NCBI GenBank assembly: GCA_964016885.1
Contig: OZ024742.1
Location: 237,832,001-237,896,000 of the forward strand
Direction of reading: 5' to 3'
DNA: 64,000 bases
From: Eledone cirrhosa
Taxonomy: Eukaryota
Every line of letters starts with the position of its first letter. Position 1 is the stretch's first letter. Made by a program: the position numbers and the translations under genes. This document shows, piece after piece, positions 13,791 through 27,019 of this stretch. The notes under the pieces are model-generated. The model worked only from the letters and a program-made list of their open reading frames with translations. It was not told the origin of the DNA and ran no database searches.

Positions 13791-14686
13791 TATATATATA
13801 TGCTGTACTGAAACACGTGTTAAAGAACGGACTCTAATTAAATTATACTCATCTAATCTATACTTCATAGCTAGTCGTTTGTTTCTCCTATACATTTAAA
13901 TTTATAAATATATAAGCGTAGAGTCATTTTACCAGAAGCATTCATTTAAACTTGATTCCAGAACAAGATTATATTTTAACATTTGGTTTATGTAAAACTT
14001 GGTTCTAATCCTGAAAAAATATGTTTCCCCATAGGAAGCAAATATTCAATATTCATGCTGCTTAATATGCTTTGATCTAATATAGTTCCTGTTTATTTTG
14101 TTTCCTCTTGAAATCTCAGAAAATGAGTAATTATCCACCTTATTTTGTAAACCGTAAGATCAAGATAAATCTATAAGGTTTTCCTTTTATACTTGGAATA
14201 CGAGATTTCATGTGACCGATATCAATTAACATAAAAATGAGGCTCCAGAAAGTATTGATTTGTGCCACCGATATGCATTTTAAGGCTTCTTTTATTTTTT
14301 TATTTGTTCCAGTCAATTGACTGTGACAAAGGTGGGGCACCACATACAGTTTTGTGGATTACATTTACACAGCTTTATCTAATTTATATTTTGGGTTATA
14401 TATTCAAATTTCTATTTTATACTTTTAGTGGTTCCCGTCATACAACAGCAGCAATGCTGGGGCATTACTTATCATTAAGCAACACTGGGTATCGCTTTTA
14501 ATGAATTTTATCTAATCTATATTTACTTCCATGTCATACTGGTTCCAATCACCATAGGGCCGCCTTTATAGAAATTTTGTTGATCATATATACTCAAGTA
14601 TATTTTTTAAAGTCTTTTTGTCGAACCGGTAGACATAAACAAATAGTAAATATAAACATACATACACACACACGCACGCGCACACG

Positions 14687-14784
<98 letters not shown>

Positions 14785-15834
14785 AGGCCGGTGCTCTGGT
14801 GCAATAAGTAGCAGCAAGTGCCCACAAAATACTAGCTCTTTCAACTGCGCAGAGGGCTCTATAGAAATAGTGGACAGCTTCCGTTACCTGGGTGACAAAA
14901 TCAGCAGTGGGGGAGGGTGCTCTGAAAGTACAGTAGCTAGAGTCAGAACTGGATGGAAAAAGTTCAGAGAGCTTATACCACTATTAGCCGCTAAAGGGTT
15001 CTCCCTAAAAATGAAAGGCAGGTTGTATGATGCCTGCATACGAACAGCAATGTTGCATGGCAGTGAGACCTGGGCATTGTGTGCAGAGGATATACGCAGA
15101 CTAGAGAGGAACGAAGCTTGCATGCTCCGCTGGATGTGTAATAGTAATATACGTGAACGGCAAAGCATAAACGAACTAAGGAAAAAATTAGAAATAAGAG
15201 GGATCAGATGTTGTTTACTCGAGAGAAGGCTACGTTGGTATGGACACGTGATGCGCATGAAAGACGATAGCTGTATAACAAAGTGCAGGGCAATAAAGAT
15301 AGACGGTAGCCACGGAATAGGCAGACCCAGAAAAACCTGGGATGAGCTGATAAACTCCGACCTCACACACTTACACCTCTCCAAGACAATGTCACTGGAC
15401 CGAGACCTTTGGCGGTACTCAGTAATAGAGAAGACCCACCTTACCTAAATACATAGTAAAACCTACTACAGTCAGTAGGCATCTCTAACAAAATACACCC
15501 CCCCCCCCACCCCATCCACACCGCCCCCTTCTATGTAAAGTTATGTTGGTGCCACACCATCCAGGCCGAAACAAATGAGATCGTGTAGGTGTCACGACAA
15601 AAAAACACACAGTCCACGCTGTAATGTGGCCGTGTAGGCAACACGGTAAAAACCTCCCAGCCCCACACTGTAAATGTGGTTGGTGTTAGGAAGGGCATCC
15701 AACTGTAGAAAACCTGCCAGACAGTCCTATGCGAGCAAGACAATCACTCTTGCTTCAAGTGGGAAAACTCCCGTCCAAACCCATGCAAGCGTGGAACACG
15801 GACGTTAAACGTTGATGATGATGATGATGATGAT
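14785..15834 (+). mobile_element. RTE LINE, 5'-truncated: RT C-terminal ORF 14870-15448, 3' UTR and (GAT)n tail
   Basis: FRYLG...AMLHGSETW...RLRWYGHVMR...GRPRKTW...DRDLWR; the 3' end is ggacgttaaacgttgatgatgatgat. Confidence 0.92.
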
Positions 15835-15836
15835 AA

Positions 15837-16221
15837 AGGGTGGACCTTAATTTTCAACTTTCTAAAAGTTTAGCTCCTATCTTATTTCAATTAACAAAAA
15901 AAAACAACCTATGCAAAACTTTAGCTCAATCGGACAATTGCAAGGCGACCCTCGGCGACCGTGAACATTTGAGGTTTTCGCCCGGAAAGTCATTTTTTCA
16001 GATAACATTTTTTTTATCTCTTATATAAATTTCTCTTAAATTTAAAACTTGTTCAGACTTATTCTTGGTATTAGAAGGATAAGTGACAATAAATATAATG
16101 GGGAAGGCAACTTGCAAAGCTGGGGACAGAGCGCAGGTATAGGGCAAACACTTATTTTTGGCTTTGGGAGCAGCAAAATTTTAACTTTCGGAAAATTACC
16201 TATTGCTAAGGGCCACCCTAA
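15837..16221. mobile_element. MITE-like non-autonomous DNA transposon; partial second end at 16618-16662
   Basis: Terminal inverted repeats agggtggacctta and taagggccaccct; the right end is repeated at 16618-16662. Confidence 0.55.
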
Positions 16222-16389
16222 TATACATATATCCAATGTGGTTGACAACTGAGAGAAATACGTACTCGGTATTGAGTAATATATATATGTATAGAAATTT
16301 CGTATTTCTAAAGAAACGCGGTTTTAGGAACCCGTTGCTATGCAAACATCGGGGCTAACGCCCTCTGCTGGTGTCCAGCAGAAGCAAGG

Positions 16390-16442
16390 GGGACAACAGT
16401 ATATGCATTTCAGGCTTGACTGGCCTTCATCAGGACGGTCCC
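16390..16442 (-). ncRNA. Minimal type I hammerhead ribozyme
   Basis: Minus strand: gggaccgtc-CTGATGA-aggc(cagtcaa)gcct-GAAA-tgca-TA-tactgttgtccc. Palindromic stem III; stem I has a mismatch next to the cleavage site. Confidence 0.7.
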
Positions 16443-17277
16443 TCCCACCGCTTGCGACTGCTGGACTTGAAAACAGTCAAGAATATATAGTTTTCTCGTC
16501 TGTGTAAATAAGGTGATTAATCTCATTTGCATATGAAGCTGCATAAGTTGGCTCAATTTATAATAGAAAAGAAATAAGATTTCGCTTCAAGCATAGCTTT
16601 ATACAATATGAATAGAGAAATTTTAAATTTCGGAAAATTACCTATTCCTAAGAACCACCCTAATATATATACACCGTTGGGTTCCATGCAGTTTTCATCG
16701 ACTAAATCTCCCTTGCTTGAAATTTGTTGACACGAGACTATACAATGATATAAATACAGTGATACTAAACTTGAAACCACGTGGTTGCGAGCTCCGACAT
16801 TCATATCTTGAGAATGTACAGCAACAAAACTGGAAAATCTCTTTATACTATCTTACATTATCTTACTACTGCGAATTGCTAGATTAGTCTGTGGTGCCGG
16901 GTAGAATACTTGGCGGTATTCGTTTCGACTGTTGGTATGTTGCTGTTATATTTTTGCGCAAAAGAGATCATAAGACAACCACCTTTTCCTTGTGCAAAGA
17001 CACCTCAAATATTTGCAGCTTGGGCCCCTAATATTTGAACTATTTTTGTATACAAAAACATCTGTTTTAGGCAAAATGGCGACATTACCACCTTCGTCTT
17101 TTTAAAAAGTTGTGACAGGGAAAAGTCATGTGGCGGCTCTAGTCCAATAAGCAGCGAGAACCTCACATTTGAAACCATCGTTACCGTCGCCAGAAACAGT
17201 AGCAGCAATGACAGCAGTGCAACCGGAATCAAAATAGAGTATATCATATAATATGAAAATAGAGTATATCATATAAT

Positions 17278-17458
17278 TGTTTCTACTTTTGGCACAAGGC
17301 CAGCAATTACCCAGTGCATTACTGGTACTTTATTTTATCGACCCCGTAAGGATGAAAGGCAAAGTTAACCTTGGCGGGATTTGAAATCAGAATGTCAAGG
17401 GCCGTAACTCTATGCGTCAAATCATGGCGTCTGATCCTCTACCGATACTGCCAATCCA
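17278..17458 (-). mobile_element. OK/Nin-type SINE, short subfamily
   Basis: Reverse complement of the SINE at 2566-2750. Confidence 0.9.
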
Positions 17459-17514
17459 GACAGATGCTATTAAGTTCATCGTCTTTCAAAAAATACAGCA
17501 CACATAAATGTGAC

Positions 17515-18430
17515 CCCAGAGGTGTTGGCAGACATCGAAAGATGCACCATTACCTATAGATGTGTGAGGATCAAATCCAGAAAGACAGAACTAGTCCCCA
17601 TCCCCTATCTGACGTAGAGGCAGCTTTGAAGGACATGATGCCAGACATCGAACAAGTGGAAAAGGACAGGGGGTATGGTTACATCGCGGTGCTTTTCCGA
17701 AGCGAGGCCCTCACAAGGAAGAACTCAGTCAGTCCATTGCAATCCAAGGACCATATACTGTTCCCTTCCTACATGGAAAGAAGAACAGCGACCGTGCGAT
17801 TTGCTGAGATTCAGCCAAGAATGAACATCTGGTGGTTCCTAGCTAGCATTGCGCTGGACGATTAGGATACCCACCTGGAAGTGAAAAAACGCAGAGGGAG
17901 TCATAGTCCGGAAACTGTCTGGAGTTGCTACTCTAAATAAAACTAGAGACAATGAACAAGATGCCGTACCTGATCACCCTTCCAGGAGGAAAGAAATAAG
18001 AGTCTTTGTGGAAGGGAAAAGACCACGCTGTCACCTGTGTGGCCAAGCTACATATTTACGAGCTTTCTACCATTTATAGACGACAGCGGGTACCTTCTCC
18101 GCAGAACAACTGCCAACACCATGGCTCCATAGGCAACAGAAACTTCAGCAACCAACAATAACAGAACCAACACCAAAATCTGCAACAGCAGCTAAACCAA
18201 CAACACCACCCGCAGTAGCCACAGAACCACCACCAACAACAACAAAAACAACAACTGCAAGGACCAACAAGACTACCAAGGAACTCCCCAAAGAAGATCC
18301 CTGGTTCCCCCTCTCGAACACACACACATTGAAACCATACACACACTTCCACTCACATCCGACACAAACACAGTAGTCTCTTCATCCCCGAGAAAAGATG
18401 AGGAGGAACCCCAGAAACCTAAAAAACAAA
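17515..18430 (+). pseudogene. Degenerate ORF1 (gag-like) of an L1/Tx1-type LINE
   Basis: ORF 17560-17865 plus downstream VFVEGKRPRCHLCGQ (decayed CCHC zinc knuckle, ~18002-18070) and a Thr/Pro-rich tail; stops and frameshifts are present. Confidence 0.55.
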
Positions 18431-18439
18431 AAAGAACTC

Positions 18440-18877
18440 ACATGTTGGAACTGGCTGATCAGGTACTTGAGGCTTTTGCACACACTGCTTGTATCCGCTA
18501 CTCCCACACAATCCCAGCGTGCGTCTGAGATGCCGTTCCAGTCCCCCGCTAACAGTAAAGGGGGAGATGTTTCCAGAAAGGTTTTTCAGGTGCCTAAAAA
18601 CATCCGGTGTCCAGCCACAGTCGGGTCGTAGCTGGCCACCAGTCTGAAGACACCACCTTCGCTATTGTTCACGTCTAGGATCACCAACTTACCGTTCGGG
18701 TCCCGGAAGAACGAACTCATCTCGCGATCCAGGCCATTCCTAAACAGCGCTATCGCCCCCCCCCCCCCTCTCCCATTCCCGCTGACTAACAGATGCAAAG
18801 ATATGATAGTCGTGAAAAATATGAGGTAGTATGCGCATGTCTAAAATCCTGGTCTCGCTGACGACAATCACATCCAT
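18440..18877 (-). pseudogene. APE endonuclease fragment of an L1/Tx1-type LINE
   Basis: Minus-strand motifs DVIVVSETR, GGGAIALFR, DPNGKLVILDV, FRLVASYDP and LLLAGDWN. Confidence 0.8.
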
Positions 18878-18894
18878 AATAATAATAATAATTA

Positions 18895-19975
18895 CCGTGT
18901 GGAAATTGGGTTGGTCAGGAGACAGTGGTGTGTATGGCTAGTTCCAGTTTTTATTTGTTGTTTGTCAGGGCACATACTGTTAACTATGGGAGTGCAGGTG
19001 TGGTGATTATGCACAAACATAAGTATGTCACAAGTATGCGGTGTTGTGTCAGATTGGGGTGCTAGTGGGGGTTCCCTATTGGATTTTAGAGTGGAGAAAG
19101 TATGTCGTCTACAGTGCCTGCAGTTTACAATTATCTCGGATTTCGCGTTAATTTGGCTGGTTTTTAACTTAATGATTTCCGCCAATTCAGCCAGGCACAA
19201 GTTGTAATGGTTTTTTTCGACATAGTACGGGGCCACTCGTCTACGTATGGACCACTTGATCAGGTACATTATGCTTTCATCTTTGAGGCCCTATATTAGG
19301 TCGGCCAGTCGTGTATTGGAGCGCTTATTTCTGTTATTGCAGGAGCTTCTATGGTTGAATAACCGCTCCTTATACCTTGTTGAGGTGACTCCTATATACA
19401 TGTACTTATTTTTGCTCGTTATCACATCGCATTGGCATACGATGTTCTTAGTGAGGCTCTCATTTCCTAGTGGGCATTTCATTCTGGGAATACAGTTACA
19501 TTTATCATTCGTCTGTGTGGCCGTATGTTGTTGATGGTCTGTCTTTTGTTGGTCAGTATTGGTCTGTTGTGGTTCATCGTTGGGTCTTGTTTATGGAGTA
19601 TGATTCTATGCATTTAGTTTTGTCCTATTTGTGTATAAGTGTCGGCTAGGTTAAATAAAGTATAGAATGAGTATTTGTGGTATCTGTGTATGGGTGGGAA
19701 GAAGTCACCCAAGGCCCTGAAGAAGATGCCGAGTACATTGGTCGCAACATGTCTCAAATACGGCTCGCTGTACCACGTCACTGCCCGACTTCTGGTCCTG
19801 GTACATTTGGTGTGGCTATTGGAATCTCCTCTGCTTCTGCTAGTGTTGTCAGGCTCAATTCCGTGGTTTTGTTCAGTGCGCGTTAAGCTCAATATTTTTC
19901 GGTTCTCCGTCATGGGGTATTCTACTATTTATTGTCTTATGGGTGTGTGTCTCAGGAAAGCTTGGGTTGACTAGC
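18895..19975 (-). mobile_element. Penelope-like element fragment (linker plus GIY-YIG), decayed
   Basis: WYSEPY...VATNV...FPPIHRYHK; CNC...KCPLG...KNIVCQC...YIGVTSTRYKERLFNH; ...NLCLAE...INAKSE...CRH. Confidence 0.85.
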
Positions 19976-20189
19976 CGTCATTCGATTATTATGAGTATGG
20001 TAGGAAGGTTTGGCTTCCGCTCCATGGGGTTGGTGTATATCCTTGTCTGCCTGTACGGCTATGGCTGAGTTGGGTCATATAGATACTGATCGAACCTTGA
20101 GCTGATCAATAGTGAAACGCGGGTCACACCTGAATAAACTTAATGAGGATACTTTGACACGTCGTTCGTACTTATTTTTAATGTAACAC

Positions 20190-22260
20190 TCTGCTTAACA
20201 TCTCAGGCCGGATTTCACCTTCTCCAGCGAACTTGCTACATTGGAGCTCTTTAACCGTTCTTGTGATTCGATTTAACCGTTCTTGTGATTCGTGTACATT
20301 CGAAGATGCTGTTGTGATCGGGTTTAGGATATTAGCAAAGTATTCTCTCCACCGCGCGAGGATGCACCTCTTTGAGAAGAGGAGAACCCAAGATGCGTTC
20401 ACGATAGCAGGTGTGTGGGAAGGCTTCTTATTACGACGTCGACGTATGGTCTGCCAGAACACTTTATTTGCTAATCTGAAGTCGGATTCCTGCTTAACCC
20501 CAAAGTCCTACCATGTCTTAACTTTGAACGATTTTACTGTCTCTGTTGCAATTCCTCGGGCCTGCTTGTACTGCAAGTGCAAGAAGGAAGACTTCTTTCC
20601 AAGCCAAGCTTTATAAGCCTCTTCTATGCTCAGATGACATCTTTGACTTCTTGATTGAAACAAAGAAGACTTCCTGCAATCCGGCGCCACCCCGAGCCTC
20701 ATTTTCCCGCAGAATTTAACAGCTGAAGCAGAAATTGCTGCGCTGAACAAACTCCACTCTGTCATAACGTCATCAGTTTGATCAGGGAGTTCTCTGAATT
20801 TGGATGCAATAGTATCTGCGTAACTAGTCCTGACTTCCGTTTCCGTATCCACCAAAGTTTCCCATTTTATCCTGTAAGTCACCCTAGATCTGCCGGTTTT
20901 GTGGGCTTCTTTGGCTTTAGGTAATCAAAAGCCTTAAATAGAGAAGGTATTTTCAGGTTGACCTGTTTGTTCCGGGTAGCCTGGGAATCGGGAGTGAGAA
21001 TCTCAATTTTCAAAAAGGGAGACAAGAGAGATTCTTCCAATTACAGAGGAATCTCTTTGTTAAGCCTTCCGGATACAGTGTCTGGCAAAGAGATGTAGGG
21101 AGATTGTCAAGTCCAATCTTCTCTATTTAAGTATTTTAACAAGCTAGCTGATGAACAGTGCGGTTTTCACCCCGGACACAACAGACAAAATATTCTCACT
21201 GTGGTAGGTATGCGAGAAATCATGGGAGTATTGCCAAGAAGTATGTTCTTGTTTTGTTGACCTTGAAAAGGCATAAGGCCATGATCCTCGGGACCTATTG
21301 TAGAAGGTTGTCCAGGTTTATGGGACCGATGGTCAGCTTCTTACTGCCCTGATGCCCCTATACGAATGCCCGAGTATTTGTGTTCGGATAAATGGTGCTA
21401 AATCGAAACCTTTCAATATGGGATTCGGACCCCGACAAAGGTGTGTACTGTCACCTCTCCTGTTTATCATTTACAGGAACAGATTTGACATGCTCAGCCG
21501 GTTTGGAAGTGGTATCATCACTGGCAGGTGTAGGATTAGTAGGGTGGAATTTGAAGACGACATGGCATTATTTAATTGGACGACTGAAATGAAAATCAGT
21601 GCTGCGAAGACTGAGACACTCGTCCTCAAAAGGATGTCTGTGCAGTGCACTCCACGCGAGAATGGAGATCCATTGAAGCAGGTAGAGAATTTCAAGTATC
21701 TTGGGGCCGTATTCACGAATGATGGAAGGCAGGAGGCTGAATTAAGTGTAAGAATTGCAGGAGTTTGTGCAGTAATACGCCAGCTTCAGCATTCGGTAAT
21801 CAGAAGAAGGGAGGTAGGCGTAAAAGCCAAAATCGCTTTCTGCAATTCGGTATTCGAGCCAGCCCTTACCTATACTCATGAATCTTGGGTAAAGACCGAA
21901 AGAATACAATTGCCAATACAAGCGGCCGAAATGGGGTTCTCCCGAAGGGTCTTTGGAGTAACTTTAATAGAGTGCGTAGCTCGCAAATCAGAGAGTTTCT
22001 TCAGGTAAAGCCGCTACTTCTCCGAATTGAGAGATCACAGCTCCGATACTACCGGCATGTGGTGAGAATGTCTCAGGGAAAAATCGCTGAATAGATTTAA
22101 TGGGTAAAGCCAACCAACAGGAGATCCAGGAGTAAACCGCGAGCAAGATGGTTGGATAACATCCATAAGCTTCGTTGGTCTTGCTTGAGGATCCAGCCGG
22201 ATCAGTTGGAGACGGTCGTTTCTGACAGGCCCCGATGGAATACGCAGGCGAAGAAGAAGA
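20190..22260 (+). mobile_element. RTE LINE with 5' inversion (20190-20925 on minus, 20928-22260 on plus), decayed
   Basis: The minus part encodes RWREYF...AGEGEIRPEML. The plus part continues KALNREG...IFKKGD...NYRGISLL...EQCGF...RQRCVLSPLLF...FEDD...FKYLG...LRYYRHV and ends in gaagaagaaga. Confidence 0.85.
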
Positions 22261-22526
22261 CACTGCTCATGGGGGAAACCGACCATAGTTTAGCCTCAAA
22301 TGTGTAACACCAAGTACTATACTTAAACCGTCCCACCTACGCATCGAGAGCTCAAGTTGCTGGACCAACAGTAACATAAAGCTATACATACATACATACA
22401 TTCATACATACATACATACATACATATATATATGTATTTACATATATATATATATATATGCATATATATATATATACACACATATATATATATATATATA
22501 TATGCATATATATATACATATATATA

Positions 22527-22567
<41 letters not shown>

Positions 22568-22585
22568 GCATATATATATATATAT

Positions 22586-22640
<55 letters not shown>

Positions 22641-22641
<1 letters not shown>

Positions 22642-22833
22642 CGAAGGAAATGTGGTAAGGTAAGGAACCGGGTGGACCATAACGCACCAAAGTACTCAAT
22701 ACTTAGGGTAGTAGAGTGGGTAATAGGAACAAGTAAGACTCCGACGGCTGAGCTCAAGCCGTTTCGACGGCTAATTCTGGACTGAATTAGCCGTCGAGAC
22801 GGCTTGAGCTCAGCCGTTGGGGTCTTACTTGTT

Positions 22834-22838
<5 letters not shown>
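22641..22838 (-). mobile_element. Fold-back element (hairpin 22723-22838 plus tail) in (TA)n
   Basis: ataggaacaagtaagactccgacggctgagctcaagccgtttcgacggctaattc is mirrored after a ~7-nt loop; same family as 13100 and 8473. Confidence 0.88.
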
Positions 22839-22906
<68 letters not shown>

Positions 22907-22908
<2 letters not shown>

Positions 22909-23155
22909 TTATTAAAATAACAGATTAAAGTTTAAGCAAAGAATCTCTGCTTTCACCCTTAAAGGGATCTTCTGAAACTAACAAAGTCAATCTGACCGAT
23001 TGACTTTGTTAGTTTCAGAAGATCAGCGATTCTTTGCTTAAACTTTAATCTGTTATTTTAATAAATATTTGCTCTACGGTTCTTATATATTTGATATATA
23101 TTTATCCTTATCGAGCCCTCTTTGGATTTTAGTCTTCAAATTTATTATTATTACT
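22907..23155 (+). repeat. Fold-back unit (arms 22907-22992 and 22998-23067) plus tail in (TA)n
   Basis: ttaaaataacagattaaagtttaagcaaagaatc...tcttctgaaactaacaaagtcaatc is mirrored; the left arm carries a short insertion. Confidence 0.85.
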
Positions 23156-23614
23156 ATATATATATAAATATATGAGTTGAAAAAAATGAAAACGAAATTT
23201 CATTTCTCACTCTTAGTACGGCATTTACTTAAATATAAGTATGTCTGTATACATATATGTACGTATACACACATACTTACATTTATATATATATAAATAT
23301 ATATATATATTTATTTATACATATGTGTATGTGTATATATATATATATGTATATGTATGTGTGTGGGTGAGAGTTATGTGTGTGCATGCCTACCAACACA
23401 GTTTTGATTGCAGAATTTTAACAGAATGTTAAATGCATGAATGGTAATCGTATATATGAAGGCATGAATGTTAATCGTATATATTTATGTATATATATAC
23501 TGTGAATTTTTTATAACACAAGGAATGTATAGCAGTGATTAAGAGAAATCATTTGTATTTTGTATGTCTATATTATAGGCTTGAGTGGATATAATTTCTA
23601 TTTTCAGGATGTGC

Positions 23615-23656
<42 letters not shown>

Positions 23657-24275
23657 GTATCTTTTCCGTAAGATAGTGGTTTCTCTAGCAATGTGTACAT
23701 TTTGGATGCTTAAACTCAAATTTTAGTATATTGATCTCAATTTTTAAACTAAACATATAATCATTATTAAACAATGTTTAATTTCTCATATTATATATTT
23801 ATGTCCCATTCATGAATATTAATATTTATATTTTTATTATTCATTTCATATAAATTGTTAACTCAACTTAATATGACATGACGTAAAGTTTTCATTATCT
23901 CCCCCTCTCTCTATATATTATTTCTCTCTCTTGAGTCTTTCTATCTGTCTGTTGATTTGATATCTCTCTGTTGCTTTCCTCTGTCTTTCTTGTTCCTTCC
24001 TTTTTTCTTTTTTCTTTCTTTCCTCCTGTCTTTATTTATCTCTTCCTTTTTTCTCCATACATTTCTCTCTCTCCGATATTTCTCCACGTTTTTCTTTTTC
24101 TTTTTTCTCTCTCTCCGTTTTTTTTTTTTCTTTCTCTCCGTCTTTTTCTAATTGTCCTTAACACTAAGACTTATTAAAATAATATAAACAATTCACTATC
24201 CAGATGGCTTCCAAAAATAATGGTCGCACTTTAAAAGGGTACGTCAAAGCTTATTTGTAAAACTGTTATATATTG

Positions 24276-24340
24276 TATTTTGTCTGATGAAGGCATACCA
24301 TAATTTAATTTGGTATCCCTGAAATATGTATAATGAAATA
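24276..24340 (+). ncRNA. Type I hammerhead ribozyme, intact core
   Basis: tattttgt-CTGATGA-aggcatacca(loop)tggtatccct-GAAA-tatgta-TA-atgaaata; same family as 1171 and 49640. Confidence 0.85.
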
Positions 24341-24380
24341 AATATGGTTTTATAAATATAGTTTCCATTTATTAATATCG

Positions 24381-24427
<47 letters not shown>

Positions 24428-24901
24428 AAAATAATGACTTCACTTGTAGTTCTAAACAATTTTATTTTATTTTATAATATTATAAAATTTAATTTAATTT
24501 AATTTATCAGGCAGCGAGAATAGATCGATAAAATACGTGCCAGATTTGAAATAAAAATTATTGAGGTTGATATGACTAAATCTCTGGCTGCATTCTAATG
24601 GCTGAAACTTGTAACAGAATAAGTTGATGTCTGAATAAATATAGATTTGATGAGATCGTGTAAAGATAATCTCCAGGGACTTTTAATGGCGGGAGATGTC
24701 CCAGTATGGCCGCAGTCAGACGACTGAAACCAGTAAAAGAATCAAAGAATAAGATGACGATATAAGAATAAAGATAGATTAGATAAAATTGTGTGAAAGC
24801 ATTCCCCGTAGATGTATACTGGTATGTCAAATCTTGTGACGGTTTTGTCTTATCGTCAGTTTTCAAGAGAAAGCTCTACGAATTATATAGTATTCGCTTC
24901 T

Positions 24902-25764
24902 ATTATTTTACATACCTCGGTGAATTGGCGGTATCGGTAGAGGGTTGCACGCTATGCTTTCTAGCATAGTTACGTCCCTTTACAGTCTGAGTTCAAATCC
25001 CGCCGAGGTTAACTTTGTCTTTCATCCTTACGGGGTCGATAAAATAAAGTACCAGTAATACACTGGGATAATTGCTGGCCGTGTGCCTAAAATAGAAACA
25101 ATTATTTTACATGCCTCAGGGTGGTGGATTGGCAGTATCGGTAGAGCGTTGGATAACATGCTTTGCAGCATAGAGTTACGGGAAGTTACGGTCTGAGTTC
25201 TAATCCCGCCGAGGTTAACTTTGCCTTTCATTCTTACGGGGTCGATAAAATAAATCACCAGTAACGCACTGGATCGATTTAATCGACTTTCCCCTCCTCC
25301 CTAAATTACTGGCCTTGAGTCTTTGCTAGAAATCATTATTTTTACATGCCTAAGGAATGTGGATTGGCAGTATCGCTAGAGCGTCGGGGAACATGCTTCG
25401 CGGCATAGAGTTACTTGCCTTTAGGTTCTGTGTTCAAATCCCACCGAGGTTAGCTTTGCCTTTCATCTTTACGGGGTCGATAAAATAAAGTACGAGTCGA
25501 TTTAATCGACTTTCCCCTCCCCTTCAAATTGCTGGCCTTGTGCCTAAAGTAGAAACAATTATTTTACATCCCTATGGCGGTTGGTTGGAGCAATCTTTTA
25601 GAACATCGGACAAAATGGTTTGTAGTATATGGTTACAGTCCTCTGTGTTCTGAGTTCAAATCCATTCAGTATCGATAAAATATAGTACCAGTAAAGAACT
25701 GGGGTATATTTAATCGATTTGCTCCTAATCCAAAACAACTGGCCATGTGTTTAATTTAGAAACA
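24902..25764 (+). mobile_element. Head-to-tail array of four OK/Nin-type SINEs
   Basis: Copies at 24918-25100, 25118-25334, 25352-25557 and 25574-25764, each preceded by attattttacat(g/a/c)cct. Confidence 0.9.
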
Positions 25765-25879
25765 TTTATTTCCCTTGCTTTCACTCTGGTCTTAATATTT
25801 TTGTTTGCATTTACTGGTTTCACTCTTTGGTTTCCTCATCATATTGCAGTTTCAATTTCAGTAGTCTTTTCACGCCAGT

Positions 25880-26939
25880 CACCAATCTGGTACTTTATCA
25901 ATCTTGCTAAGACTAGGCTTTTTTAAAGGCGGCCTTTACTCACCTAGTCGTAGCTACGTCACTGGGTTGTCAGAGTTTTCTTGGGAGCTACAGGTGTCAC
26001 CCAATGTCCATATTCCCTAGCAGTTTACCGCTGTTGGTCCGGGTTTGCTTATTCGTCCGGCATTTGCCCACTTACTAACTATCATATCTGGTGGCCGTAC
26101 CACTATCCGCCACCAGCGACCCGTTCTCTTGCAGAACAGCTCTGCCGAGAAAACTAGCGATGTGCCTGAGACCTGTCCTAAGAGGCATTGGATGGACGCA
26201 CAAAGGTTGTGGATCCCGAGACCCCGAGTGATAATCCCAATTTACACAAAGGGATACAAGAGAGATTGTCCCAATTACAGGGATCTCCTTCTTAAGCCTA
26301 CCCGGTAAAGTCTGTCAAAGAGATGCAGGTAGATTGTCAAGTCCAATCTTCTCGATTTAAGTATTTTAACATCCCAGGACGAATTTCATCCTCCCCCGAG
26401 GCCTTGTCATATTTGAGCTCTTTAAATGCTCATGTGATCTCAGCCTCCGAGAGCTTAATCACCGCTCCCAGATGCATCTCGTGTACATCCGAAGATGCTG
26501 CTAAATCGAGTTTAGGAGATCAGCAAAGCATTCTCTTCTTTCCACCTCGAGACGATTCACCTTTCTGAAGACAGGACAATCCCAGACGCATTCCTGATAG
26601 CAGGTGTGCAGGAGGGCTTTTTTTTACGAAGTCGTAGGATGGTCTGCTAGAACACATTATTTGCCGGTCTAAAGTCGGATTCCCTTTTAACTCCAACATC
26701 CTCCCATATACTAACTGTGGACACCTTTATTGTCTCTGACTTGTCGTGCCTGCTTATACCGCAAATTTGTAGGCCTCCTTCTTTGCTTGAATGTCATGTT
26801 TGGTCTCTTGATTGAACCAAAGTGTTCTCCTGACATCCGCTACCTATACCTAGCCTCGTCAGCATGCTAAGGGAGTTCTCTGGATTTCGATGCAATCCAG
26901 TGTAGTACTCGATGCATGAGGCGATACATTTTACCACGA

Positions 26940-26940
<1 letters not shown>
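25880..26940. mobile_element. Rearranged RTE fragments related to 20190-22260
   Basis: 26210-26370 resembles 20985-21140 (VIIPIYTKGYKRDCPNYR); 26350-26930 resembles the minus segment 20190-20830. Confidence 0.75.

Positions 26941-27017
<77 letters not shown>

Positions 27018-27019
<2 letters not shown>

Noticed and set aside
24902-25764. CRISPR-like repeat-spacer array
   Set aside because: The long units are homologous SINE copies with A/B boxes and the short repeat is a TSD; the context is eukaryotic and there are no cas genes.
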